Assembly: GCF_039982395.1 (NCBI RefSeq)
Contig: NZ_JBDWYO010000001.1
Span: forward strand, 928,698-992,697
DNA from: Parasphingorhabdus sp.
GTDB lineage: Bacteria; Pseudomonadota; Alphaproteobacteria; Sphingomonadales; Sphingomonadaceae
Reading direction: 5' to 3'
DNA: 64,000 bases
Each line of letters begins with the position of its first letter. The first letter of the stretch is position 1. The position numbers were made by a program, and so were the translations under genes. The notes beneath the pieces were generated by a model that ran no database searches, was not told the DNA's origin, and saw only the letters and a program-made list of their open reading frames with translations. Of the stretch, positions 9,310-18,987 are shown one piece after another.

Positions 9310-9687
9310 CTAATTCAGGTCGCTGATACTGTCAGGTTCAAACAGCCGGTCGACCTCCAGAACCAGATCCCGCAAATGGAACGGCTTGGACAATATTTTT
9401 GCTTTCGGAACGGATTCCCCGGCGCGTAATGTTACGCCAGAAAAACCGGTGATAAACATGACTTGGGTTTCTGGGCAGACGGCGGCACAATGTTGTGCCA
9501 GTTCGATTCCATCCATCTCCGGCATGACGATGTCCGTTAACAAAAGATCAAATTTCTCCGCTTCAAGCAGCGGAACTGCTGCAGTTCCGCGGTCTACGGC
9601 GACAACTTCATAGTTGGCTTTCTGCAGAGCCCGTGTAAGATGCTCACGCATCGCCTGTTCATCTTCCGCGAGGAGAATTCTGATCAT
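9310..9687 (-). CDS. cpdR: single-domain response regulator, CpdR-like
   Basis: ORF track, 125 aa. It is a CheY-like receiver (MIRILLAEDE..., DLLLTDIVMPEMDG, KPF). The adjacent N-formylglutamate amidohydrolase gene is the usual cpdR neighbour in alphaproteobacteria. Confidence 0.7.
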   Translation of the reverse strand: MIRILLAEDEQAMREHLTRALQKANYEVVAVDRGTAAVPLLEAEKFDLLLTDIVMPEMDGIELAQHCAAVCPETQVMFITGFSGVTLRAGESVPKAKILSKPFHLRDLVLEVDRLFEPDSISDLN

Positions 9688-9825
9688 TTTGTCGTGCCTT
9701 CCCGAATATGTCTGATTGCAGACCGGCCATTATGCCGAGGCCAGTATATAAGTGCAAATCGGTTAATTTTTTGCCGAAATCGAGGATTTTTTTGAAGGCG
9801 TGTGTTGGCTGTTTTGGGGGTGAAC

Positions 9826-10713
9826 ATGTCCAGTTCTGTTCCAGATAGGCCAAGGTCCTCGGGATCGCCGTATTTTCTGTCAAATGTAGACGGGCCAAAA
9901 TTTCCGGTGCTGGTGAGCGTACCGCACTCCGGCCGGGAGTATCCGTCCGAGTTGCTCGACAATCTGAATGTTTCAGCGTCCCATCTCCTCAGATTGGAAG
10001 ACCGCTATTCAGATCGGCTAGCGGCCTCCGCTATTGGTTCCGGTTTCCCGTCGATTATTGCCAGAAAGCCAAGGGCTTGGGTCGACCTAAACCGCAGCCC
10101 TTCCGAAATCGATCCGGATATGGTGGCCGGGATGGATCGGGCGCAGACCCCCCAGATGAGTAGAAAAGTCAGAGGTGGATTGGGCATATTGCCGCGTCGC
10201 CTGCATGGCGCCGGAGACTTGTGGCGAGAAAAATGGCAGCACCGGCATGTTATGGATCGAATCGAGCAAGATCATGAACCCTATCATCTGATGGTAGAGC
10301 AACTTCTTGATCAGATTAAATCTGCCTTTGGTTGTGCGCTCCTCTTGGACTTGCACAGCATGCCATCGGTGTCCGATGAAAGCCGCCGCCCCATTGGGTT
10401 TGTTGTCGGCGACCGATTCGGGCGCAGTTGCGACTCGAGATATGCCGAACTGGTCGCTGAGCATCTAAGGTTTCATGGTCATCACGTCCAAACCAACCAC
10501 CCCTATGCGGGCGGCTATATTCTAGAGCGACACGGAAACCCCGGTAGGAATATTCACGCCTTTCAACTCGAGGTGGATCGATCATTATATCTTGACCAGA
10601 GCATGCGCGAGCCGATTCCAGCGGCCGGGTCTGTCGCGAAATTGATTCGCGACTGTTGCGTGATGCTGGCCGAGCAATTGTCTGGCCGTCATCATCTGGA
10701 AGCGGCGGAATGA
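9826..10713 (+). CDS. N-formylglutamate amidohydrolase family protein
   Basis: ORF track frame 9802-10713, with VSVPHSGREYP and LLLDLHSMPS motifs. I preferred the ATG at 9826, which has a GGGGG Shine-Dalgarno. Confidence 0.8.
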   Translation: MSSSVPDRPRSSGSPYFLSNVDGPKFPVLVSVPHSGREYPSELLDNLNVSASHLLRLEDRYSDRLAASAIGSGFPSIIARKPRAWVDLNRSPSEIDPDMVAGMDRAQTPQMSRKVRGGLGILPRRLHGAGDLWREKWQHRHVMDRIEQDHEPYHLMVEQLLDQIKSAFGCALLLDLHSMPSVSDESRRPIGFVVGDRFGRSCDSRYAELVAEHLRFHGHHVQTNHPYAGGYILERHGNPGRNIHAFQLEVDRSLYLDQSMREPIPAAGSVAKLIRDCCVMLAEQLSGRHHLEAAE

Positions 10714-10725
10714 GTGACTTCCAAT

Positions 10726-10756
10726 AAAAAACCACCTCGCCGGTTAGGCGAGGTGG
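10726..10756 (-). terminator. intrinsic terminator on the minus strand
   Basis: A 10-bp GC-rich stem, CCACCTCGCC (10732-10741) / GGCGAGGTGG (10747-10756), is followed on the minus strand by a U6 run (A-run 10726-10731 on the plus strand). Confidence 0.55.
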
Positions 10757-10940
10757 CCAAGGTTCAGGGAGGTGGCATTTCGAAGAAATGCCTGCAGGGA
10801 ACCGATCGGGGGATGCGGTCCCATACACCATCAATGTGGGCCTTGTTGGGACGAGTTGCAAGTCCCAATCAGTTGATTATTGTTCGATTGCTACTGGCCC
10901 GGTTCAGTTGAACCGGGCGAGATAACAGGCTGCCGTCCGG

Positions 10941-11732
10941 TCAGACTTGAACGGAAGGAACTTCCGTTACTTCTGGCATCTTGCCGGCGCTGACCTGTCT
11001 TGCGAACACATCGCGCATCAATTGCAGGGAGAAGAGATGGGCATAGATCAACGGCAAAATTCCGTTCTGGTTGAGCTTGCGAAGTTCATCGCCGCGCAGG
11101 TCACGCAGTTTTTCTTCGTTGACCATCTTGAAGCCACGATAGACAAAAGGCTTGTCAACGCCGTTCTGTTCGATGGAAACTTCGCCATCCATCAGCAATT
11201 CCAGTTTTTCAAGCTCTTGCACAAACTGGCCTGTGCGTTGACCGGCCTGTTCAAACTGCTCGCAGAAATCCAGGATATTCTTGGTCGTTTCGCTTGGTTG
11301 ATCCTTGTCAAACAAAGCGTCGCCTTCTTTATATTCGCCGATCGCATCTGTTGTCGGGTCGAAGCAAAGCGACAGTTCTTCAGCTTCCGGGCTCAATTTG
11401 GCCAACATGAAAGGGTAGCGCCGGACATAGGCTGGAACATAAGCCGGTTCGCTGAAACGACCTTCGTCGTTCATGAAGGTGTTAACGCCTTCATTCAATC
11501 CCATCAGGATCAATGGTACGCTGTTGTCACCGACTGAAAACACAATCGGGTAGTTGCGCGAAGCGCTGGAAAATTCTTCTGTGGTGATCGGTATGGCGTG
11601 CTGGGACTGCATGAAAGATGCATCGTCGAGCCCTTTGACTTTCCATTTCGCATGTTCTTTGGAATTGAGTGGGACAAGGTCCTTGTAGAACATTGGTAGT
11701 GCTTGCGCTTGCGGCGTGCTCGCCATGGTCAA
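10941..11732 (-). CDS. SapC family protein
   Basis: ORF track, 263 aa. The N-terminal PMFYKDLVPLNSKEHAKWKVK and NYPIVF motifs are typical of SapC. Confidence 0.75.
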   Translation of the reverse strand: MTMASTPQAQALPMFYKDLVPLNSKEHAKWKVKGLDDASFMQSQHAIPITTEEFSSASRNYPIVFSVGDNSVPLILMGLNEGVNTFMNDEGRFSEPAYVPAYVRRYPFMLAKLSPEAEELSLCFDPTTDAIGEYKEGDALFDKDQPSETTKNILDFCEQFEQAGQRTGQFVQELEKLELLMDGEVSIEQNGVDKPFVYRGFKMVNEEKLRDLRGDELRKLNQNGILPLIYAHLFSLQLMRDVFARQVSAGKMPEVTEVPSVQV

Positions 11733-11777
11733 ATTCTCCGAAAAATTACTGTTGATACCGAATAGTTGTCTTGCGCT

Positions 11778-13232
11778 TTAAGAGCCTGATTGGCTGGACG
11801 CAAGAGGAACGAGTTTGCCCGGGTTCATAATGTTCTTTGGATCAAGCGCCATTTTTATCGCGCGCAGCATAGAGAGGCGCGCATCGGACGATAGTCGCCC
11901 CAGTTCCGTCCGCTTGTTTTGCCCGATGCCGTGCTCGGCTGAAATCGAACCACCGGCTGCAATGACGAGGTCATGGACGAGCGGCGTTATCTGAGTGCTA
12001 TAGTCTCGCATCCATTCCTGCGCCTTTGCGCCTGCGGGTGCCTTGACGTGAAAATGCACATTGCCGTCACCCATATGGCCGAATGCAGCGACTTCTGTCC
12101 CGGGGAATTTTGCCTCGATGACCGGCGAGGCTGTGTTGATGAATTTCGCCATGCCGGGGACGGGAACGCTGATGTCATGTTGCAAAGCGGGCCCATTCGC
12201 GCGTTCCGCTTCGGCAATGGAATCTCTGATTTTCCAGAAATCCTCGGCTTGCTGCTCGCTGGCCGCGAGAGTTGCATCCTCGATGAGATTGCGCTCCAGT
12301 GCTTCTGCTAGCAGATTTTCAATGATCGACCGGGGGTCTTGTGCTTCCGGTTGATCGCGGACGATTTCGATCAATACATGCCAGCTATGAGATTCTTCTA
12401 GGGGCGGACGGGTGCCTGGGATGTGGCGTAAAACTGATGTCAGGCAGGAGGCCGGGATGATTTCAAAGCCTTCCAGCGATTGCGGGGTCCGGCTATTGAG
12501 AAATTGGAACAATTGATAGGCTGCATCGGTGCTTTCAACGCCAGCCCACGCAACGCATCGGTCCACTAAGGCAGGCACGCTTTTCAACGTCGCGGCGGTG
12601 ACCACTCCCAACGTGCCTTCGCCCCCCACGAACAATTGTTTCAGATCATAGCCGCGATTGTCTTTTTTGAGTGCCGCAAGCCCTTCGAAAATATCCCCGT
12701 TGGGTAGCACGGCTTCAATCCCTACAACCAATGACCGCATTGTTCCGTGGCGCAGCACCTGCGTGCCACCGGCATTTGTAGAAATGAGGCCGCCCACTGT
12801 GGCCGAGCCTTTGCCGCCCAGAGTCAGCGGGAATCTTTGGCCTTCATCGGCAAGGGCTTCGTGTAGATTTTGCAGAATGACGCCGGCTTCGCAGATAACC
12901 AACTGGTCGTCGCTCTCAATGGCACGGATCTGGTCCATCCGGCGGAGTGACAAGAGGATCGAGTGCCCGCTGTCATCGGGTGTTGCACCGCCGACCATGC
13001 CGCTATTTCCGCCCTGTGGAACGATGGCCACGGCATTTTCATTCGCAATTTTCAGAATCTCTGATGTCTCTCGCGTGTTCGCGGGAGAGATCATCGCTGT
13101 TGCTGCGCCGGTATAGCGTCCGCGCCAGTCGGTCAGCCAGGGAGCCATATCATCACCAGCACTGGTGAACCCTTTTGCGCCCACAACAGATTCCATCTGT
13201 TTCAGCCATTGCATTGTTTCTGGCATTGTCAC
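11778..13232 (-). CDS. FAD-binding oxidoreductase (GlcD / D-2-hydroxyacid dehydrogenase-like)
   Basis: ORF track, 484 aa. It has an FAD-binding PCMH-type N-terminal half (VPQGGNSGMVGG) and a C-terminal SAEHGIG motif. Confidence 0.85.
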   Translation of the reverse strand: MTMPETMQWLKQMESVVGAKGFTSAGDDMAPWLTDWRGRYTGAATAMISPANTRETSEILKIANENAVAIVPQGGNSGMVGGATPDDSGHSILLSLRRMDQIRAIESDDQLVICEAGVILQNLHEALADEGQRFPLTLGGKGSATVGGLISTNAGGTQVLRHGTMRSLVVGIEAVLPNGDIFEGLAALKKDNRGYDLKQLFVGGEGTLGVVTAATLKSVPALVDRCVAWAGVESTDAAYQLFQFLNSRTPQSLEGFEIIPASCLTSVLRHIPGTRPPLEESHSWHVLIEIVRDQPEAQDPRSIIENLLAEALERNLIEDATLAASEQQAEDFWKIRDSIAEAERANGPALQHDISVPVPGMAKFINTASPVIEAKFPGTEVAAFGHMGDGNVHFHVKAPAGAKAQEWMRDYSTQITPLVHDLVIAAGGSISAEHGIGQNKRTELGRLSSDARLSMLRAIKMALDPKNIMNPGKLVPLASSQSGS

Positions 13233-13396
13233 TCCTGGGTCGTGGTCATATCTTTTTGCATCTAAGGTTCATATCCATCATCACTGCGCTGACGTGATGG
13301 ACAAATTGCTGCAAGTTGCCATAGATGGTATTTTCTCAGTTCATGCAATATTCAATCGCCGTTGATATAGCGAAGACAAGGGTTAGTTAAGGGATT

Positions 13397-13900
13397 TTGG
13401 TGAGCCTGTCACTTACAGCAATATTGCTGCTCTCTGTGCCAGATACGCATGAGGTGCAGTCGGTGGATGATGTATCTACAGAAGCGGCGGCGACTTATGT
13501 GCCGGCCCGCCCTATCTCCTATGCACAAGTTCGAATTGAAAAACGGGTGATCATTCGGGTGCCTCGACGACGCGCGAGGCCATTGGCGCCGCGCGCCGAT
13601 TTTTCTCGGGAGGCCCCGAAAATTACATATCGCGAAAAGAAAATCGGAAAATGCCTGCCAATGAACAATATATTGGGCGTGCAGATGTTTGCGGATCGAT
13701 ATCTTGACCTTGTTACCAAAGACCGCAGGCGAATTCGGGCGGAACTCGAGGACAAATGTCAGGCCCGCAGCTTCTATTCGGGTTTCTATGTAGAGAAAAC
13801 CAAGGATGGCAGAATATGCGCCAGCCGCGATATCCTGCACTCGCGCACGGGGGCGAAATGTGAGATTGAGCGGTTTCGGGAACTTGTTCCTAAACCCTAG
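13397..13900 (+). CDS. hypothetical exported protein
   Basis: ORF track, 167 aa. GTG start, hydrophobic N-terminus and several Cys residues. No family recognised. Confidence 0.45.
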   Translation: MVSLSLTAILLLSVPDTHEVQSVDDVSTEAAATYVPARPISYAQVRIEKRVIIRVPRRRARPLAPRADFSREAPKITYREKKIGKCLPMNNILGVQMFADRYLDLVTKDRRRIRAELEDKCQARSFYSGFYVEKTKDGRICASRDILHSRTGAKCEIERFRELVPKP

Positions 13901-14007
13901 ATCAAGCGAGAAAGCTTGACAAAATCGCGATATGCGATCATTGCCCGGCACAGCCCGAGAGGCTGAGACCGGATGCAAGGTGCATCCTATATTTTTCCGG
14001 AACCACT

Positions 14008-15384
14008 ATGAAATTTGCCGATATCGGCCTGTCTGAAGAATTGCTGAAATCTGTAGCCGAGGCTGGCTATGATGAGCCGACGCCAATACAGGCTCAGGCT
14101 ATACCTCCCGTACTGATGATGAAAGACATCATTGGCATCGCTCAGACCGGGACCGGCAAAACGGCAAGCTTTGTGCTGCCGATGATCGATATCTTGGCCC
14201 ATGGCCGCTCGCGTGCGCGCATGCCGCGGTCGCTCATTCTGGAGCCGACTCGGGAATTGGCTGCGCAAGTTGCCGAGAACTTTGAAAAATATGGAAAAAA
14301 TCATAATCTCAGCATGGCCCTGCTTATTGGCGGGGTTTCCATGGGGGACCAGATCAAGTCCCTAGAGAAAGGTGTCGATGTATTGATCGCCACACCAGGC
14401 CGGTTGATGGATTTGTTCGATCGCGGACGGATTTTGATGTCGGGTTGCGAATTGCTGGTGATCGACGAAGCGGATCGTATGCTCGATATGGGTTTCATCC
14501 CTGATATCGAATCCATCTGCTCGAAATTGCCTTCTACCCGCCAAACGATGCTGTTTTCCGCGACAATGCCGCCGCCGATCAAGAAATTATCGGATCAGTT
14601 TCTCAGCAATCCCAAATATATCGAGGTCTCGCGACCAGCAACGGCCAATACCTCGATCGATCAATCGCTGATTGAAATTGCTCCTAAGGGCAAACGCAAA
14701 TTGCTGGTCGATATATTGGACAATGAAGGCGTCGAAACAGCGATCATCTTCTGCAATCGCAAAACCGAAGTACGGGATCTGTGCCAAAGCCTGCGCAAAG
14801 ATGGTTTCGATGCCGGCCAGATCCATGGTGATATGGATCAAAGTTCGCGACTGGCGGAGCTGGAACGATTTAAATCCGGTGAAATCAATATTTTATGCGC
14901 ATCCGATGTCGCTGCTCGCGGGCTGGATATCAAGGGCGTCAGTCACGTCGTCAATTATGATATTCCATGGCATCCGGACGATTATATCCACCGGATCGGC
15001 CGGACCGGCCGGGCAGGCGCAACCGGCGTCGCCATCACATTTGTAACCCGCAGCGATGCCGAGCATGTCGAGAGCGTGCAAAAATTGACGGGGATGAAAA
15101 TTCCTGTGCGCCCCGAACGTAAAGGCAAAGCAGGCAACAAGCCGGCTGAAAAATCATCATCGAAGCCTGCACCGGCAAAACCGGACGCACCAAAGGCCAA
15201 AGCGCCCCGGCAGGATGATCGGCCAAAAAATCCTCGGCAGGACGATGCTCCGAAGAAACCGCCACGCCCTGAAAAGGTTCGCGAAGAAAAGCCACCTGTG
15301 GCGCAGGGCGGTAACAATGATACAGCCGATGATGGCTGGAACGGCCCGATGCCTAGTTTTCTAGGCGCTAAGCTCGACCGTTAG
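14008..15384 (+). CDS. DEAD-box ATP-dependent RNA helicase (RhlE-like) with a basic Lys/Pro-rich tail
   Basis: ORF track, 458 aa. Motifs present: AQTGTGKT, DEAD, SAT, HRIGRTGRAG. Confidence 0.9.
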   Translation: MKFADIGLSEELLKSVAEAGYDEPTPIQAQAIPPVLMMKDIIGIAQTGTGKTASFVLPMIDILAHGRSRARMPRSLILEPTRELAAQVAENFEKYGKNHNLSMALLIGGVSMGDQIKSLEKGVDVLIATPGRLMDLFDRGRILMSGCELLVIDEADRMLDMGFIPDIESICSKLPSTRQTMLFSATMPPPIKKLSDQFLSNPKYIEVSRPATANTSIDQSLIEIAPKGKRKLLVDILDNEGVETAIIFCNRKTEVRDLCQSLRKDGFDAGQIHGDMDQSSRLAELERFKSGEINILCASDVAARGLDIKGVSHVVNYDIPWHPDDYIHRIGRTGRAGATGVAITFVTRSDAEHVESVQKLTGMKIPVRPERKGKAGNKPAEKSSSKPAPAKPDAPKAKAPRQDDRPKNPRQDDAPKKPPRPEKVREEKPPVAQGGNNDTADDGWNGPMPSFLGAKLDR

Positions 15385-15391
15385 GATTCTG

Positions 15392-15997
15392 CTATTGCAG
15401 GGTGAGGCTATCCAATATCGTTGAAGCCAGCGGGTCTGTCGCCTTGGCCTGATCGGCGGCATAGGTGATTTCTGCTTGTACCATAGTGCCATCCGGTTTC
15501 CGGAGCATCCGCTGGTTCGATTTCACGCCTTCGGTCAAAATGCCCGAGGCGCGATATTCATTTTCGCCAACCGCTGCACCATTCATGGTTTCGTTGCTGT
15601 CTTCGACCGCTTGAACCGTTTTGCTCCAAGCCGCGTCTTCGCGATTCTCTACCCAACTCACCGCCAGTTTCGCGCTGCTTTCCGCGTCGACGAATGTACC
15701 GCCATTGTCATCACTGGCCGCTGCATCTGCTTTCCAGGCGTCCGGTACCAGGATCGTATAGCCGCGTAATGCGTTGGTATAGCTGTCTAAACTGGCCAGA
15801 TCGACAGCCGCTTTCTCATCATCCCCGTCGGCTTCGGCGGCTTCGTCGCGAATGGCCTGACTGGCGGCATCCGCTTGTTGTGCCAGCTCTTCGCTTGATG
15901 GAACATCGCCCACCGCTTCCTGTTTTCCGCAGGCCGATAGGAGCAGTGCGAGCGTGAGAGCGGCACCGAGTGGAAGAGTTGGAAGCATGTTTTTCAT
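15392..15997 (-). CDS. hypothetical lipoprotein
   Basis: ORF track frame 15392-16027. The ATG at 15997 gives MKNMLPTLPLGAALTLALLLSAC, a lipobox signal peptide. Confidence 0.6.
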   Translation of the reverse strand: MKNMLPTLPLGAALTLALLLSACGKQEAVGDVPSSEELAQQADAASQAIRDEAAEADGDDEKAAVDLASLDSYTNALRGYTILVPDAWKADAAASDDNGGTFVDAESSAKLAVSWVENREDAAWSKTVQAVEDSNETMNGAAVGENEYRASGILTEGVKSNQRMLRKPDGTMVQAEITYAADQAKATDPLASTILDSLTLQ

Positions 15998-16124
15998 AGC
16001 AGCAAGACTTAAGACCAGCGGTGCCAAACATCAATGGCGATGTTGGATTTCGGTTGGATTTGCTGCAATTACAGATGGCCGAAAATGTCAAATCCAACAC
16101 AGGATCTTTCAGACATCGTTGGAA

Positions 16125-17552
16125 TTATGCCGCGTTATCAATGCCCAAATCAGCCAGCTTACGGTATAATGTCGAACGGCCGATGCCCAAACGCCGCGCA
16201 ACTTCGGTCATCCGGCCGCGATAATGGCCAATGGCAAGGCGGATCACGTCGGCTTCAATTTCTTCGAGCGGCCGCAAATTACCATCCTCGCTATATAATG
16301 TGATGCCGATGCCTTCTGGGCTGGCGATGAGGTGCGATTCATCATCCCCGGATTCAGCCACAAAGGATGCGATTTGCGGAAATTCCTCACAAGTGAGCGC
16401 ATTGCGGTCGCACATAACGGCCGCGCGAAAGAGCACGCTTTGCAATTGGCGCACATTTCCCGGCCAGCGGTAGCTGCGCAAAAGATTGAGCGCTTCGTCG
16501 GTGATGCCCAGGCTGCGCAGGCCGGGTTGAAGCGCCAGGCGCGCGAGAAAATGTCGGGCCAAGGCAGGAATGTCGCCGGTCCGGTCGCGCAGCGGGGGGA
16601 TGGTCAGCTGAACAACGTTCATCTGATAATAGAGGTCTTCCCGATAATTGTCATTTTCGACTTCGCGCTGCAATTTGCGATTGGTGGCGGCAATGATCCG
16701 GACGTCGAGCTGAAAACTGTTCGGGCTGCCGAGCGGCTGGATTTCTCCATGTTTCAGAAAACGCAGCAAGCGAACCTGTGTCTCGGGTGGAATCCGATCA
16801 ACTTCATCCAGGAATATCGTGCCACCCTCGGCTTGTTGCAGCAGTCCAATCTTGCGATCGAAAGCACCGGTATAGGCGCCTTTCTCATGACCGAAGAGGA
16901 TCGAATCGAGCAAATTGCCAGTGATCGCGCCACAGTTGAGCTTCAGCATAGGCAGTTTGGAACGGGGGCTGGCGGCATGTATGGCATCGGCGATGACTTC
17001 CTTGCCAACGCCGCCTTCTCCCTCGATCAACACCGGAACCCGGGCACGGGCCGCCTTGGCGGCGATCGCCAATGCGGCGCGGAAGGCTGGCGTAGCGCCA
17101 ACAATCTCTTCAAATTCAAGCGGAACCGAAATTTTCTCGGTCAGCGGGCGCAATTCGCCGTCATCTTTCGATGATTCAACCGCGGCATCGAGAGCCTTAA
17201 GCATCAATTCCGGTGCGACGGGTTTGATCAAATAATCGGTGGCACCGGCGCGCACGGCGTCAACAGCTTCGGTAATCGAGCCAACAGCGGTGAGCATCAG
17301 GATCGGCAGGGCAGGACGACGGGACTTGAGTTCGGTAATAAGATCAGTGGCTTCCGAGCCAGGAACCCAATGATCGAGGATGATCGCATCCAGCATCATG
17401 CCGTCTTGCGTGCCAAGGGTTGCAATCGCGGTTTCGGCGTCTCGCGCATAGATTGTGCGAAACCCTGCCCGTGAGGCCAGCGCGGAAATCAAACGGCATT
17501 GTGCAGGCTCATCATCGATCAGCAGCAGTAATTTTGTGTCATTTTGCGCCAT
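16125..17552 (-). CDS. sigma-54-dependent response regulator (receiver + AAA+ + Fis-type HTH)
   Basis: ORF track frame 16125-17711. The ATG at 17552 gives MAQNDTKLLLLIDDEP. Motifs present: GEGGVGKE Walker A, GAYTGA (GAFTGA variant), RWPGNVRQL, and a C-terminal HTH (GIGRSTLYRKL). Confidence 0.85.
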   Translation of the reverse strand: MAQNDTKLLLLIDDEPAQCRLISALASRAGFRTIYARDAETAIATLGTQDGMMLDAIILDHWVPGSEATDLITELKSRRPALPILMLTAVGSITEAVDAVRAGATDYLIKPVAPELMLKALDAAVESSKDDGELRPLTEKISVPLEFEEIVGATPAFRAALAIAAKAARARVPVLIEGEGGVGKEVIADAIHAASPRSKLPMLKLNCGAITGNLLDSILFGHEKGAYTGAFDRKIGLLQQAEGGTIFLDEVDRIPPETQVRLLRFLKHGEIQPLGSPNSFQLDVRIIAATNRKLQREVENDNYREDLYYQMNVVQLTIPPLRDRTGDIPALARHFLARLALQPGLRSLGITDEALNLLRSYRWPGNVRQLQSVLFRAAVMCDRNALTCEEFPQIASFVAESGDDESHLIASPEGIGITLYSEDGNLRPLEEIEADVIRLAIGHYRGRMTEVARRLGIGRSTLYRKLADLGIDNAA

Positions 17553-17720
17553 TTTTGTCCCGATTGTGCCAGAATGAAGCATATTCTTAGCGGCAACCGG
17601 TAAAGAGCCGATTAAGGGCCCATCATATTTTCTATTCAAAATGACGGTGGGTAAGTCTTGAGCGGCGAGTAATATAGGGTTACACCTAGTGCCTATTTTG
17701 AACAAAGACATGGGGAAATC

Positions 17721-17843
17721 ATGACATCTAATAACAATATGGGACCGGCAGAAGAATCATATAGCGGCTTTTTGTCGTTGCTGAAAATTGGAACGATTGG
17801 ATCCGTTCTGGTAACAATATTGGTTGTTGCTCTAATATCCTAA
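17721..17843 (+). CDS. 40-aa membrane micro-protein resembling prokaryotic aa3-type cytochrome oxidase subunit IV family proteins
   Basis: My translation is MTSNNNMGPAEESYSGFLSLLKIGTIGSVLVTILVVALIS. The ESYSGF motif plus a single TM helix match my memory of the small family commonly found just upstream of pntA in alphaproteobacteria. Confidence 0.55.
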   Translation: MTSNNNMGPAEESYSGFLSLLKIGTIGSVLVTILVVALIS

Positions 17844-17859
17844 CTGATTGGAATGCTTT

Positions 17860-18987
17860 GTGAAAATTGCGGTTTTGAAGGAACTCGCTGAGGGCGAGAA
17901 GCGTGTGAGCGCGTCACCAGAAACGGTTAAGAAATTTATCGCTTTGGGTGCCTCAATGACCGTCGAAAAGGGCGCTGGCGTGTCTGCGTCCGTGTCCGAC
18001 AAAGACTATCAGGATATCGGGGCAACGGTCGGAACACGCGCCGCGGCCTTGAAAGACGCGGATATTGTTCTGGGCGTTCAGGGCCCTGACCCGAAATCGC
18101 TCAAAGGCATGAAGAAGGGGGCTTGGCTCGTCGCCAGCCTCAATCCTTTCGGTGAACGCAAGCGGGTCGATGAATATGCCAAGCTGGGGATTGATGCCCT
18201 AGCGATGGAATTCATGCCGCGGATCACCCGCGCGCAATCCATGGACATTCTTTCGAGTCAGTCGAACCTGTCGGGTTATAAGGCAGTGCTCGAAGCGGGG
18301 GCGCATTACGGGCGCGCTTTCCCAATGATGATGACGGCTGCTGGCACGGTATCGGCTGCCAAATGTTTTGTCATGGGTGTGGGCGTTGCCGGATTGCAGG
18401 CGATCGCCACAGCAAGACGATTGGGCGCACAGGTCAGCGCAACCGATGTGCGGGCTGCGACCAAGGAACAGATTCAATCGCTCGGCGCAAAACCGATTTT
18501 CGTGGAAAGCGTCGAAGGAATCGAAGGCGAAGGCACTGGCGGCTATGCCACCGAAATGAGCGAGGAATATCAGAAGGCGCAAGCCGAGCTGGTTTCTTCT
18601 CATATCGCGAAGCAGGATATTGTTATCACCACGGCGTTGATTCCGGGCCGTCCGGCGCCGCGTCTGATTTCGGATGCGCAGATCGCAACGATGCGAACCG
18701 GCAGCGTGATTGTCGATCTGGCGGCTGAACAGGGCGGCAATGTCGAAGGCGCTGTTGCTGGCAAGGTTGTTGAAAAACACGGCGTCAAAATTATCGGCGC
18801 GAACAATATGCCATCGAGCATGGCGGCGGACAGTTCCGCGTTATTTTCTCGCAATCTATACAATTTCCTCAGCGCATATTGGGATGAAGAGGCCAAGCGG
18901 CCGGTGTTGCCCGATGATGATGAAGTAACGATCGGGATCCGCCTCACCAAAGATGGCAAGGTCGTAAACGAGCGCTTGTTGGCGTGA
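17860..18987 (+). CDS. pntA: NAD(P) transhydrogenase subunit alpha part 1 (dI domain)
   Basis: ORF track frame 17848-18987. The GTG at 17860 gives VKIAVLKE, the usual PntAA N-terminus. It has a Rossmann motif (VMGVGVAGLQAI). Confidence 0.9.
   Translation: MKIAVLKELAEGEKRVSASPETVKKFIALGASMTVEKGAGVSASVSDKDYQDIGATVGTRAAALKDADIVLGVQGPDPKSLKGMKKGAWLVASLNPFGERKRVDEYAKLGIDALAMEFMPRITRAQSMDILSSQSNLSGYKAVLEAGAHYGRAFPMMMTAAGTVSAAKCFVMGVGVAGLQAIATARRLGAQVSATDVRAATKEQIQSLGAKPIFVESVEGIEGEGTGGYATEMSEEYQKAQAELVSSHIAKQDIVITTALIPGRPAPRLISDAQIATMRTGSVIVDLAAEQGGNVEGAVAGKVVEKHGVKIIGANNMPSSMAADSSALFSRNLYNFLSAYWDEEAKRPVLPDDDEVTIGIRLTKDGKVVNERLLA

Noticed and set aside
10714-10911. 65-aa plus-strand ORF after the amidohydrolase gene
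   Set aside because: It starts at a GTG immediately after the upstream stop and runs straight through a terminator hairpin and two further hairpins. The translation is basic and low-complexity. I reinterpreted the region as a minus-strand structured RNA.
16332-17174. 280-aa plus-strand ORF, and similar long shadow ORFs at 28228-29034, 36921-37649, 40185-41042, 44709-45395, 48910-49626 and 22911-23576
   Set aside because: Each lies fully inside, and antisense to, a gene with strong family signatures (sigma-54 activator, dinB, TerL, DUF5694-like gene, tail genes, g15-like gene, beta-helix protein). I treated them as GC-driven open frames.
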